This document shows positions 1 to 11,605 of a stretch of DNA of 64,000 nt, in pieces. How positions within the stretch are numbered: the stretch's first letter is position 1; each line of letters opens with the position of its first letter. Position numbers and translations under genes: made by a program. The notes beneath the pieces are model-generated. The model did no database searches. It was not told the origin of the DNA and was given only the letters and a program-made list of their open reading frames with translations. Origin of the DNA: Heptranchias perlo (lineage: Eukaryota); NCBI RefSeq assembly GCF_035084215.1, contig NC_090337.1, positions 56,358,001 through 56,422,000 on the forward strand, read 5' to 3'.

Positions 1-3000
1 CACTGATAATCCTTCAACAAAAATCTCCCTTTGCTCAGACGTTGAAGCAAGACATGCCTCACCTGGTTCAATGCTAGTTTGAGGAGGAATCTCACTTACT
101 CCTGCTTCTTCTTTATTAGAAACATTCCTTATCCTTAAGTTTTGTTCTGTGGGTTCTTTGAACACAGCACACCATTCATCTGTTTCTGAACTTGTACCAG
201 TGCAGTGTTTAAAAGATTGTTGAATCACCTCAAGTGGACAATCACTTTCCTGACCAGAGAGTATAACAGAATTTTCCTTTTTGACACCACTGCCTTCAGG
301 ATAGATTTCATTTACTTCTATTTTTCTCTCAACAAAAAGCTCAGTTATTGTCTCAGAAATGCAGTCTGAGCTTGTGTCAACAGAACTATCTTTTGTATCT
401 GTCCTTATGTTAACTGAAGATGTGTTTGTTTTTCTGTCCTTTCTAAGATCAATCTCATGTGGTTGTATTTCTAGACTTCTGGTCTCTGGTTCAGTTTGTG
501 ATGTGCTGTTATCTATGCCTGGTGCTTCAGTACTCTTCTGACTTGACTCACATTTCTCAAAATCTCCAAGAAAATTCTCATGTTGTTCTGTTTCTGCTGA
601 TGGCAAGTCAGTGTTTTCCCCTTGCTTATCCTCAACAAAATCCTCCTGTGATTCTGTGAGAGTTTTTGGACAAATCTGACTGAGCTTTAATTTTCCCTCT
701 TGAGAAGCTTCTATGTGTCTTTCTGTAGAATTACAACTTGTCCTTGTAGCTGTTTCCTTACTTGTCCCCAATCCTCTCTCAAGAGAAACTTTTGCAGTTC
801 CTTCAAAATCGGTTTCAACAGAAGATTCGGTCGATTCCAGTTCCACTCCAGTGCTGTTGCTTTGTACGCTTTCTCCAACATCAGAATCACTTAAAATTTG
901 CTCGGTCACTGACCTCTCTGCGAGTGTTTCATGAGTAATTTCACGAGGTTCTAGTGCTGCTTCAAGCAAATTATGAGGAGCATGTGCCCTTCCTTCACCA
1001 GTAATGTCACTTATGCCTCCTTTTACGTCTCCAGAAATTTCACTTGGGACTTGATCTACTTCATGGCAAATCACAATGGCGTTAGACTCAATTTCAGAGA
1101 TTTCACTAAAGTCTGTGTATCCGTTTGACTCCTGAAAAACTGTAGTTGGCTCTAATTGGCTTTCAACAACGAATCCAGGCTGGTCAGAGTTTTCTTCACG
1201 AGTCCTCAGATCTGCTATAGGTTTTGTTCCATTGATCTCTTGTTGATTCTCAGCAGAAATCCCAAAAGGCTCCGGTTTGGTCTCTGGACAAAGTAGGGCA
1301 AAATTTGTTTCTGACTTTGATTCAGGAGCAGTCTCACTTGTTTCTATCTTTGAAGAAACCACTTCTGCTTCTAATTCAGAAGAAATCTTTTTCTCTGAAT
1401 TTATCAGAACAGAGATTTTACTTCGTTCAGATTTTGTGTCAGGGCAAATCTCAGGTGGGTCTGGTTCTGTTTCAAAAGGATTTTCACTTAGATCTTGGTC
1501 TATATCCAGAGAAACCCAGATTGACTCTGATTGTGATATAATCTCAGCACTGCCCACAGTGGGATATGGTTCTGTTTCAAACGGAATTTCACTTAGGTCT
1601 TGCTCTGTATCCAACGAAGTCCAGATTGGCTCTGATTTAAGTCCAGCAAAAATCTCACTTGTTTCAGGACTTCTTGCAGTGGAATCTGGCTTTATTTCAG
1701 AAGGAAATTCACTTAGATCTTGGTTTGTATCCAGAGAAGTCCAGATTGATTCTGATATAATTCCACCACAAATTTCACTTGTCCCAGGAGTGGTCCCACT
1801 GAAATCTAGCTCTGTTTCAGTGGGAATTTTACTTTGATCTTGATCTGTACCTGGAGAAGATCTGATTGATTTTGTTCTAGTAGAAGCCTTACTTTTCTCA
1901 GAATGAATTTCAGTGGGATTTGATTGTACTTCAGAGAAAATTTCACTTGGATTTTGGTCTGAATCCTGAGAAATCCAGAACGACTCTACCTCTGATATAA
2001 TTCCAGCCAAAATCTCATTTGTCCCAGGACAAGTCTCAATGGGAGCAGATTCTACTTCAACAGGGAGTTTATTTAGATTGTGGTTTGAATCTAAAGAAAG
2101 GCAGATTGGCTCTGATATAAGTTCAGCAGAAACCTTAGTTATCTGAGGACAAGTCTCAACCGGATCTGATCCTATTTCAACTGGAATTTCACTTCGGTAT
2201 TGACTCTCATCCAGAGAAGTCCAGATTGACTTTGATTCTGTTACAATTGCAGGAGAAATCTCATTTGCTCCAGGACAAATTGCAGTGGGATCTGGATTTA
2301 TTTCTGAGAGAATTTCACTTAAAACTTGGTTTCTGTTCAAGGAAGTCCAGTGTGATTCTGTCGGAGAGATTTTACTTGTATCTGGTTTAATTCCATCAGA
2401 CGTGTGATTTATACCAGGACAAATCTCAGCAGGCTCTGATTGTTTATCTATGGAAATCCTTTTTGGCTCTGTTGCTTCTGATGAAAGCACGCTTGGCTCT
2501 ATATTAATGTCCAAAGAAATCCTACTTAGTAATGCTTTTGTTTCAGGGGAAATCTCAATCTGTTCTTGTGTATGCGGAGAATTCTCATTTGAGTCCCGTT
2601 TCAACTCAGGACAACTGCTGCTTGCATGTGCTTCAAGAAAAATGGCAGATAGTGTTTCTAACCTAGAAGAGATTACATTATGACCTGTTTTTGTTTCTAA
2701 GGAATTACTGCATTTTTCTGAATTTAATTCATAAGAAAGTTCATTTGTCCTCAATTTTGTCTGAAGAGAAAATTCACTTGTCTCTGATTCTGTCTCAGAG
2801 GAAACGTCACTTGATTCAGATTCTGTATCGAGTGCAGGTTGATTAGTTTTTGAATGGGCAACACTTTGCTCAGAGGCTGTGCAGAAACAACTGCTTAACT
2901 TTACTTCAGATGCCTCTGCTGAAATGTCACTTATCTCTGACTTTGCCACTAGTGCAGCTCCATTTTCCTCTTGTGTCTTGAAGGATACGTCACGTGGCTC

Positions 3001-3351
3001 AGAATCTCTATGGAAGGCAGTTGTACGAGTCCTTATCTGTGCTGTATGTAGTTCCGATGTTGTATCAGAGGAACCAGTACTGAACTGTGGTTCAATAGAT
3101 GCATCAATTAACCTTTCTAGGTTATCAGGATAAATATCAGTTGTTTCAGGACTAGAGACAGTTATCTCTGAAGAATTCCCAGTATGTTCTGATTTTGTCT
3201 CACTTGTTGCTGGTGTTGTTTCTATAACAATTTTACTTGGCCCATGTTGTGTGTCAGGAGAAACTTGGCTTGGTCCTGGAGATTCTTCCCCTGAACCGTC
3301 TTCCTCTTTGGATTCACAGGGGTCAGAAAGGTTCTCTATGGACTCAGAAAC
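1..3351 (-). CDS. Giant coding exon (at least 1117 codons, continues past window edge) of a large acidic, Ser/Thr/Glu-rich, probably disordered protein region; gene not identified
   Basis: Hand translation of the minus frame is stop-free from 3378 to 1 (VSESIENLSDPCESKEEDGSGEESPGPSQ ... EQREIFVEGLSV). It is preceded by a polypyrimidine tract and acceptor ctttgctttcttccagcag|GTT, phase 0. An in-frame TAA at 3381-3379 falls in the intron. The overlapping + strand ORFs are antisense shadows. Confidence 0.9.
1440..2380 (-). repeat. Coding tandem repeat, about 8 degenerate units of ~40 aa (105-126 bp), consensus approx. SEIxxxIISESIWTSLDxxQDLSEIPxExxPDPxxxxPxT
   Basis: Anchor motif (c/g)cagattg and variants recur at about 1516, 1621, 1741, 1861, 1975, 2101, 2221 and 2347. 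Translated units include IWTSLDTNQDLSEFP, IWTSLDTEQDLSEIP, IWVSLDIDQDLSENP, IWTSLDESQYRSEIP. Confidence 0.85.
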
Positions 3352-3680
3352 CTGCTGGAAGAAAGCAAAGGGATATTCTTACTCATGTCTTGGAATAATT
3401 GACCGATCCAAACATCAGTTATTAGTTTCTTTTGTAACATTACAAAAGAATTCTTCTTTATGTCAATACACCTTAGTCTACCTGTTGAGCAGCATCGTGC
3501 ACTATTGCAGTGCGCCAAAGGGTGCAGTATCAGTCCTGTTTACACTGCATTGTGTGCAGAGAGCTGTGTTTTTCTTGCCCACTTGTGTTGGGAAAGTTGG
3601 AGCTTCATATGTTGGCACGTAAAGGCATGGACAGAGTGCTGACTGCTGGTGTAATTTTTGTAACTGCATTTTTAATAAGT

Positions 3681-4172
3681 TACAACAACAATAATTTGCA
3701 TTTATATATCGCCTTTGACTTAGTGAAACATCCCAAAGCGCAGGAGCACAATCGGACAACAATTGACACCAAGCCAAAGATGGCGATATTAAGACAGGTC
3801 ACCAAAAGCTTGGTCAAAGAGGTAGGTTCTAAGGAACATCTTAAAGGAGGAGAGAGAGAAGGAGAGATTTAGGGAGGACGTCCCCAAGCTTAGGCCCAAG
3901 ACAGCTATTGGCGCAGCTGCCAATGGCGGGGTGAAGGAAGTGGAGGATGAACAAGAGGCCAGAGTTAGAGATATACAGAGTTCTAGGAGGGTTTTGGGGC
4001 TGGAGCAAGTTACAGAGATAGGGAGGGGCGAGGCTATGGAGGGATTTGACAATGAGGATGAGAATTTTAAAATGGAGGCATTTGAGGAGTGGGAGCCATT
4101 GTAGGTCAGTGAGCACAGGGGTGATGAGTAAACAGGAATTGGTGCGAGTTAGGATATGGGCAGCCGAGTTTT
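3681..4172 (-). mobile_element. L2-type LINE 3' fragment
   Basis: Antisense tail acaacaacaataatttgcatttatat; minus ORF LTDLQWLPL...FKILILIVKSLHSLAPPYL resembles the L2 ORF2 C-terminus, and FLRTYLFDQAF matches the L2 end. Confidence 0.75.
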
Positions 4173-4391
4173 GAACGCATAATTTTTTAATCCATTATAC
4201 ATTTTGCTTGCAGGAAAGAACATTCTTTTGACCGGTTACTGAAAATTTTACGAGTCGAAGTGATTCAATAGTTTTGGTCGCTGTGGTTCAGTTGGGCTAG
4301 AGGGTTGGGATCACTGTCCTTGCCTAGCTTCAAGCGGATTGTTGTAATCGGTTTATTTCTTCCTAATGTACTTTCTCCTCCTGAGAAGTGC

Positions 4392-4502
4392 GCTGGGAAT
4401 TTCCTCGGGGGCTCTCCCACTTTGCTGCCAACGGGGTTTCCGCCAAACCTTTGCCAATGTTACGGCAATGGAGCAGGAGCTGCCCCGAGGAAATTCACCC
4501 CC
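4392..4502. mobile_element. Short palindromic MITE (probably Harbinger-related)
   Basis: Terminal inverted repeats gaatttcctcgggg / ccccgaggaaattc enclosing a ~110-bp element. Confidence 0.6.
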
Positions 4503-5636
4503 AAGGTTTCGAGATTGCAGAAGGGGATTTTTGTCTGTTTCTTTCAATGAATGAAAACAACTGACTACATAACCAGCAATTTTCACTCCTTAAAATAAGG
4601 ATGATGGTGCAACAAGCTGCAAGAGTTTTGTGGTCTGATTTTAAAAACGCAGTTATTTTTCTGATAGGGCTTTGTACAGGCGACCCTTATATTGCAGCTG
4701 AACATCATTACAAGACCACCTCATCCAGGTAGCCTGGATACCTCATCTAGGTGGCCTGATGCACATTTGATAGGATATGGAACATTTGGCATCAAGTCAA
4801 TAGCCGGGAGGATACCACAGAGGCCCCAAAAGTGCTGTACAAAAGCACTACTTTACCACTTACTCTCCAGGAAATGGGTTTCACATAAGCGAATAGTCAT
4901 TTCAATTGCATAGCATTTGGAGAATGATAAATTAATTCTGATAGAACAGTGGTTTTGTTGGTAAGGTGCTGATTGAAACCTTTTTGTTAAGGTTGTTTCT
5001 GCTCTTTTGTTCAACGCACTCTTGCTCTTTCACCAAAACAAACCTTTAGTCAGAGCTGAGCAAAATACTACATTGGGTTCACACTATCATTATTGTTTAT
5101 GCAGGTGAATTCCTCATGTGGGTGGTATATGGGCGTGAGACATATTTTGACTAATCACAGAAGTCACCTCATATTGGACCGCCAACATTTCTGAAATCTG
5201 AATTTGTTTTAAAAAGATACAAAATACCAACACAGGGAGTTTCTTCAGGAAAAGAAAAGTACTGTTTTGGGAATAATGGCCCCAGGAGAGCTGTACATTA
5301 TTATTTAATCTCTGAAATTTTTTTGTACATGGCTGATTTCCAATGTTAAATTTTACTCGATCACAGTCATTAATAATGACTGGTGGAGACGCTTGGCTTG
5401 GAAAACATGTTTCAAATTTGTGAAGAGTCAACATAAAAGAGGAAATCAAAAAAAATAGTTTTCAATGCACTAAGTTCTTAAGTGCGACTAGAAAGTAGAA
5501 CAAAAAGATAGGCCTAAACTAAAACTGGGTATAGCGTATCCGTCCAACAATAATGTAGCAAGCTCTGATCATGACAGGAAGTTGGAATGGGCACCGAGGG
5601 TCAAAGGAAATGTTGAGAGTAGCACTTTTGAGCAAT

Positions 5637-6916
5637 CATACGAACATATGAAAATGATGGGCAGGAAAAGAACAGCTGGTCCATCAAGCCTGCCTGGAGC
5701 ATCATGACTAGACACTTCCTACCCCCGCTGCCCCCCCCCCCACCCCTGCCACCATGTAATCCCTGGGAGTGTCAAAAAAAGAGAAAAACCCAGGACCAAT
5801 AAGGTGGAAAAAATTTGGAAAATTCCTCTCCGATCCCCTCAGGCGATCAAAACCATTGTCCGTTAACTATTAAATCACCTAAATAAGATGCGATCTCTGA
5901 AGCCTTCCACCTCCTAAAGATGTGCGGAGAGTCAACAACCACTGCAGTAAAACGTCCCAAGGCACTTCACAGGAGCATTATTCAAAACAACTGACATGAA
6001 GCCAAAGAACGATACACCAGGACAGATGACCAAAAGCTTGGTCAAAGGGGTAGGTTTTAAGGCGCGTCTTAAAGGAGCAGAGAGAAGCGGAGAGGTTTAG
6101 GGAGGGAATTCCAGAACTTAGGGCCTAGACATCTGATGGCACAGCTGCCACTGGTGGGATGAAGGAAGTCAGGAATGCACAAGAGGCCAGAATTGGAGGC
6201 TCTGCCAGCAAACATAACCAAATGCAGTCAGTAGTGCTACATGCCATGAGCCACTCATTTTTCTGTCTGCAGGTGTGGTGAGCTCTGTTGATGTATACAG
6301 GAGATTCAATAGCGACCGTCTGGGATCACATCCTTCCCAGACCTGGATGCCAATTCCAGAACTCCAACAGTAACAAACTCAGGAGCAATTGGAAGCGGTA
6401 CTCAAAACAATGCCTACATTATTCTGTGTCGTATTCAAAGACTGATTTCAGATGAGATATGTTGTTTCAAAATTTACCCCAATAAAATGTCATTTGCTAA
6501 TATAATATAAAAAAAGGGCGATCAGATTGGATTAAAGCGCATAGAATCATAGTCTGTTTCTGTACTGGAACATGCTATCAAGTCTGGGTCGGTGTTCTTC
6601 TCAAGTTGAACCAACTAGTCCAATCCTACTTTCCTGCTAATTCCATACCATTTAATATTCCTCTTTTTTCAAGCAGATATCTAATTCTTTTTTAAAACAA
6701 CTTATAGACTCTGCTTCAACAATGGTTTGACTTAGAGAATTCCAAATTCTAATTACCCTCTACAGAAATAACTTTTTGTGGTTATCGTAAATTTGTGCTC
6801 TCTCACTATTTACTATATCATAACCCTTCGTGATCTTAAAGACCTCTGTTAGGTCACCTCTCAAAATTCAAACCTCTCTTCATAATTATAACTCCTCTTC
6901 TTTGATACTATCCTAG
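5637..6916 (-). mobile_element. Cluster of decayed LINE 3' fragments (CR1 ~5637-5880, L2 ~5934-6200, CR1 ~6540-6916)
   Basis: CR1-type tails (catacgaacatatgaa, catagaatcatag) and an L2 segment resembling 3681-4172 (gaccaaaagcttggtcaaag...gtaggttttaagg). Confidence 0.6.
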
Positions 6917-7316
6917 TCAGCTGTGGCTCAGTGGTAGCACTCTCACCTCTGAGTCAGAAGGCTGTGGGTTTAAATCCTACTCCAGAAACTTGAGCACAAA
7001 AAGATATAGGCTGAACACTCCAGTGTAGTACTGTGGGAGTACTGTCAAAGAGGTTAATCCAAGGCCCCGTCTGCCCTCTCATGTGGACGTGAAAGATCCC
7101 ATTGCACAATTTTGAAGAAGAACGGGGAGTTCTTCCTGGTGTCTAGGCCAATATTTATCCCTAAAGCAGATGACCTGGTCATTTATTTCATTGCTTGCTG
7201 TGTGAAAATTGGCTGCCGTGTTTCCTACATTAAAACAGTGACTACACTTCATTGATTGTAAAGCTTTGGGATGTCCTGAGGTCATGAAAGGCACTATATA
7301 AATGCAAGTCTTTCTT
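6917..7316 (+). mobile_element. tRNA-headed SINE, DeuSINE/SacSINE1-like
   Basis: Head gtcagctgtggctcagtggtagcactctc...gtgggtttaaatcc (A/B boxes), central gatcccattgcac...ggccaatattt domain, L2-like tail tatataaatgcaagtcttt. Several similar copies occur in the window. Confidence 0.8.
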
Positions 7317-8441
7317 TTTACTTATTGTTCTGGATGACTGGTTGCAAACACACTGATAGGGAATTGGTTGACAGACAGAGTGGGATTTGATTTCACTCCC
7401 TGTCGAATGTGAGCCTTGTTCTATTGCTGAAGCTGTGTGGCCACTTTCTCTGCAGAATTCAGTTGAGTGAAGGGCTGTGACATGACTTGATGCACTTTGA
7501 TGTGGTACCTTTGATGTTCCATGTTCTTTTCCCCAAAGGAAAAGCACTGTTCTCATTAACACAGTATTGATTTTCTCCATTTTGTCAGATTTTTAATTTC
7601 CTCCTATGAGGATAAAGTTTGCTTTTTCTCTCAGCAAACAATGCTTTAGGAAAATGTTATTAATAGAGGTAGTGTTGCTAATTTCACCAATTAGCTTTTT
7701 GATGTCTTACAGGGGATTTATTTCTTTAATGTATCACAGTGACTGTATCTGGGGCTTCATTAGCTTTGGTTTGGTTTTCTCATTTCTGTTTTGTTCTTTT
7801 TTCACTGTTGTGACGGGTGGAAATTAGCTCTGATGTTTTGGGAGGAATGTATCAAAATTAGTGAATTAACTTTCAGCGTCCCTGTATATTGTGTGGTTAA
7901 ATGAAATAATATTTTAGCATTGTGGTGTTCTGAACTAGATTGTGCTGCAGAAGGAGTAGAAAAGCAAACAATGCAAATAAAATTTAGAATCAGTCATGTT
8001 TTCCCAAAATGTTCAATGTTTTGTTATATTTCAGTTTTTTACAAAAATATACTATCTTTAATTTTATTTTGATCTTTTCCTGTCTCTTTAGCTCCCACCA
8101 CCACATCAGGCATGGTTGTCAGCCTGCTCCAAGGCCTCTGTCCTTTAATTGGTCACTGGGTAAAACATAATCAAGGCCTAGGATAAATTTCCTTCCCACT
8201 TTCCTCTTTAGCTGTGAAGGAGCACCTGTCTTCAGTCCATAGGAACAGGAGTAGGCCATTCAGCCGCTCGTACCTGCTCAGCCATTTGATAAGATCATGG
8301 CTGATCTGTGATCTAACTCCATATACCTGCCTTTGGCCCATATCCCTTAATACCTTTGGTTGCCAAAAAGCTATCTATCTCACATTTAAACTTGTAAACA
8401 ATTTTACAACACCAAGTTATAGTCCAGCAATTTTATTTTAA

Positions 8442-8482
8442 ATTCACAAGCTTTCGGAGATTTTCTCCTTCCTCAGGCAAAT
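8442..8482 (-). ncRNA. Minimal type I hammerhead ribozyme motif (left arm of Penelope)
   Basis: Exact reverse complement of 9225-9265. Confidence 0.75.
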
Positions 8483-8738
8483 GTTTCAAGAGCTCCTTGA
8501 AGCCTACGCATTTATACATATTGAACAATACATGGTGTTTACAGACTGCCCCTGCAACTGCCCGTTGCCAAGGCAATCACCGTGTTCAGACAGAGAGGTG
8601 TCACCTGCAGAACCCCCGAATACACATTCAACAAAAAAACAAACAGGGAAAAAAAACAGAGAAAAAAAAAACACAGAGAGAGGCAGAAACATCCGGAAGG
8701 CAGAGAGAGCCAGCAAATGACCCATTATATTAAAAACA

Positions 8739-8978
8739 ATCGCCAAACAGGAGGGTTCCCTCCCAGTCGGGGAACACTTCAGCAGTCATGGACATTCATC
8801 CACCGACCTTCGGGTAAGCGTACTCCAAGGCGGCCTTCGAGACACACGACAACGCAAAATCGTCGAGCAGAAATTGATAGCCAAGTTCCGCACCCATGAG
8901 GACGGCCTCAACCGGGATCTTGGGTTCATGTCACGCTACACGTTACCCCACCAGCGAACAAATGTTATCTGTTTTTAA
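8739..8978 (+). pseudogene. C-terminal fragment of a Penelope GIY-YIG endonuclease
   Basis: Reads IAKQEGSLPVGEHFSSHGHSSTDLRVSVLQGGLRDTRQRKIVEQKLIAKFRTHEDGLNRDLG...*. The PV.EHF...H, R...E...I....T...GLN pattern is characteristic of the PLE GIY-YIG domain. Confidence 0.85.
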
Positions 8979-9224
8979 TATAATGGGTCATTTGCTGGCT
9001 CTCTCTGCCTTCCGGATGTTTCTGCCTCTCTCTGTGTTTTTTTTTCTCTGTTTTTTTTCCCTGTTTGTTTTTTTGTTGAATGTGTATTCGGGGGTTCTGC
9101 AGGTGACACCTCTCTGTCTGAACACGGTGATTGCCTTGGCAACGGGCAGTTGCAGGGGCAGTCTGTAAACACCATGTATTGTTCAATATGTATAAATGCG
9201 TAGGCTTCAAGGAGCTCTTGAAAC

Positions 9225-9265
9225 ATTTGCCTGAGGAAGGAGAAAATCTCCGAAAGCTTGTGAAT
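9225..9265 (+). ncRNA. Minimal type I hammerhead ribozyme motif (Penelope pLTR)
   Basis: AUUUGC-CUGAGGA-A-GGAG(AAAAU)CUCC-GAA-AGCU-U-GUGAAU: conserved CUGANGA and GAAA cores, 4-bp stem II, stem I AUUUGC/GUGAAU, and palindromic AGCU in place of stem III. Confidence 0.75.
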
Positions 9266-10309
9266 TTAAAATAAAATTGCTGGACTATAACTTGGTGTTG
9301 TAAAATTGTTTACAATTGTCAACCCCAGTCCATCACCGGCATCTCCACATCACATTTAAACTTAGCAATTGAGCTAGTATCAATTGCCGTTTGCGGAAGA
9401 GAATTCCAAACTTCTACCACCCTTTGTGTGTAGAAATGTTTTCTAATCTCGCTCCTGAAAGGTCTGGCTCTAATTTTTAGACTGTGCCCCCTACTCCTAG
9501 AATCCCCAACCAGCGGAAATAGTTTCTCTCTATCCACCCTATCCGTTCCCCTTAATATCTTATAAACCTCGATCAGATCACCCCTTAACCTTCTAAACTC
9601 CAGAGAATACAACCCCAATTTGTGTAATCTCTCCTCGTGACTTAACCCTTGAAGTCCAGGTATCATTCTAATAAACCTACGCTGCACTCCCTCCAAGGCC
9701 AATATGTCCTTCCGAAGGTGCGGTGGCCAGAACTGCTCACAGTACTCCAGGTGCGGTCTAACCAGGGTTTTGTATAGCTGCAGCATAACTTCTGCCCCCT
9801 TGTACTCTAGTCCTCTAGATATAAAGGCCAGCATTCCATTAGCCTTCTTGATTATTTTCTGCACCTGTTCATGACACTTCAATGATCTATGTACCTGAAC
9901 CCCTAAGTCCCTTTGGACATCCACAGTATTTAACTTTTTACCATTTAGAAAGTACCCTGTTTTATCCTTTTTTGATCCAAAGTGGATGACCTCACATTTG
10001 TCTACATTGAATTCCATTTGCCACAATTTTGCCCATTCACCTAATCTATCAATATCCCTTTGTAATTTTATGTTTTCATCTACACCATTTTTGATGACAC
10101 AACCAAGATCAGGAACTAAAGATGTGTGGAGCTGTGCTCGAGAGCTTGAGAGTCCCATATCTGACCAGCCTGCAGCACATGACATTGGAGCACCAATGCA
10201 CCACACTATCACACTGCTCTTGAGGTTATTGCATTCTAGTCCTGGAATAATCTATTATGCAGAACAGACTATGAGGATTAAAAAAGAATAGGCAGGAGTG
10301 TGTGTGGGT

Positions 10310-10725
10310 TTTTTTTAGAAATATTCAACAATTGTGTTTATCTTTTCATGCCAGTTTTCTCCCCTTCCCTTCCCTTCTCTCCTGAAAATGTTGACTTGTC
10401 AGAACACAGTTTCATTGGCAGCAACCACCCTCCAGTACCTCATCAATGTGGCCATTATTCATGCATGAGGTTTGATGGTGAGTGCCAGCAGGCTATATGA
10501 CTACAGGATCCTCACAGCTAAACTCAATCCTGTTCTCACCTGACCTCCATACACACATATATCGAGCAGGTAATGCTGGATAACAGTTAGGAGTAGCAGA
10601 TACGTTCAGCTTTCTCCTTTTTAATCCGGGGCACCGAATCAACTAGCCGAGCACAGATTGGAATCAAACCTATTTCTGTTCAATATGGTTCAGCTACTCA
10701 CTGAATGAAGTTGTTGAGCCATTGG
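10310..10725 (-). mobile_element. Old dispersed repeat, probable tRNA-derived SINE (related copies ~38350-38710, ~53110-53700, ~56850-57130; + strand head ~56300-56470)
   Basis: Shared motifs between copies (ttttctcccct.., ctaaactc.atcctgt.ct.acc.gac.tcca.ac.c.ca). The reverse complement of the right end resembles a Pol III head. Family not identified. Confidence 0.5.
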
Positions 10726-11605
10726 TGTGATAGGATGTCATATTTAAAATACGGGAGACTGAATCAGGAGTGAGACAGGGAATCAAAAGGCAATAATCTT
10801 TTTGAAGGGTTCAGATGACAAACTCTTAAAGAGAAGCTCAAACATTTGTTTGTCGTGTTAGCCTGTAATCCAGTGGTGCTCTATATTACAAGAATGTTTT
10901 TTAAACATATATATAGGGATAGATTCTATGGTTGATGTTTTAGTTGGGCTAGATGGTGCCTGCTTTTTTTTGAAGTCTATTACAGGTTGGGCAACAGTGA
11001 GGGATCTCATTGTATTGGGTTATGCTGACGGTGAACTTGTCATCCTTCATTTAATATCTGGGAAGACAAGGAGGTGTGGTCATAAACACATGACAATGAG
11101 TACTTTATTGCATGTTTTTCTCAGCTTTTTTTCAAAATTTGTTGCGAGTTTAACGTATATTTTCGTATATAAAGCAATTCTTGTAAAAATCCGCCTTCCC
11201 CCACAATGTTCCAGGCAAAAAACCAATTCTGTGACCAGTATACGAGAGTTTAACATCTCGCTTGAAAGTGGTGCAAGTGGAGACCACCTCTTCTCTAATC
11301 ATGTTCTCTCAGGTGGTACGTTAAATGGGAGGATAATTAACCTGTGTAGAAGCTGTAGATTTGGAGTGATCTGCATTCCTAAGTCTTAAAAGCCAGAGAC
11401 ACTGCAAGAAGCTTTAATAACAAACAGTATACATGGCATAAAATAAAAAAAAGGCTGGTAATTATAAGCACGTAAGATGTAACTATGTAAAGTGTAATTA
11501 AATCTCAGATTTCTATTAACATTCATGAACTGTTTGGGCTTCAGTCTTGTAGGTTAGACTATATATAAAAGATTCTCTCCTTGTGAGTCTATGGCTGGGA
11601 CTCAA

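Larger units (their letters stand above)
8394..9349 (+). mobile_element. Penelope-like retroelement, 5'-truncated, with inverted pseudo-LTR arrangement and 3' tail
   Basis: Arms 8392-8738 and 8970-9315 are near-perfect reverse complements. The spacer encodes a GIY-YIG endonuclease C-terminus. Tail tcaaccccagtccatcaccggcatctccaca; flanking duplication tcacatttaaactt at 8380-8393 and 9350-9363. Confidence 0.9.
8238..10085 (-). mobile_element. 5'-truncated CR1 LINE (ORF2 C-terminus plus 3'UTR) interrupted by a Penelope insertion
   Basis: ORF 9319-10212 contains [37 protein letters not shown] and [12 protein letters not shown]. The 3'UTR tail cataggaacagg lies at ~8238. Confidence 0.9.

Noticed and set aside
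359-3622. + strand ORFs in the track (e.g. 1277-1837, 3251-3622)
   Set aside because: They are antisense shadows of the real minus-strand exon and are interrupted by stops.
6917-6985. tRNA genes at SINE heads
   Set aside because: A/B boxes are present but there is no full cloverleaf, and each continues into a SINE body and tail.
9319-10212. 297-aa ORF as an intact gene
   Set aside because: It is a chimera of flanking DNA, a truncated CR1 ORF2 C-terminus and the Penelope tail, and it lacks the RT core.
10928-11389. 153-aa + strand ORF
   Set aside because: No recognisable motif or convincing splice structure; AT-rich and likely a chance ORF.
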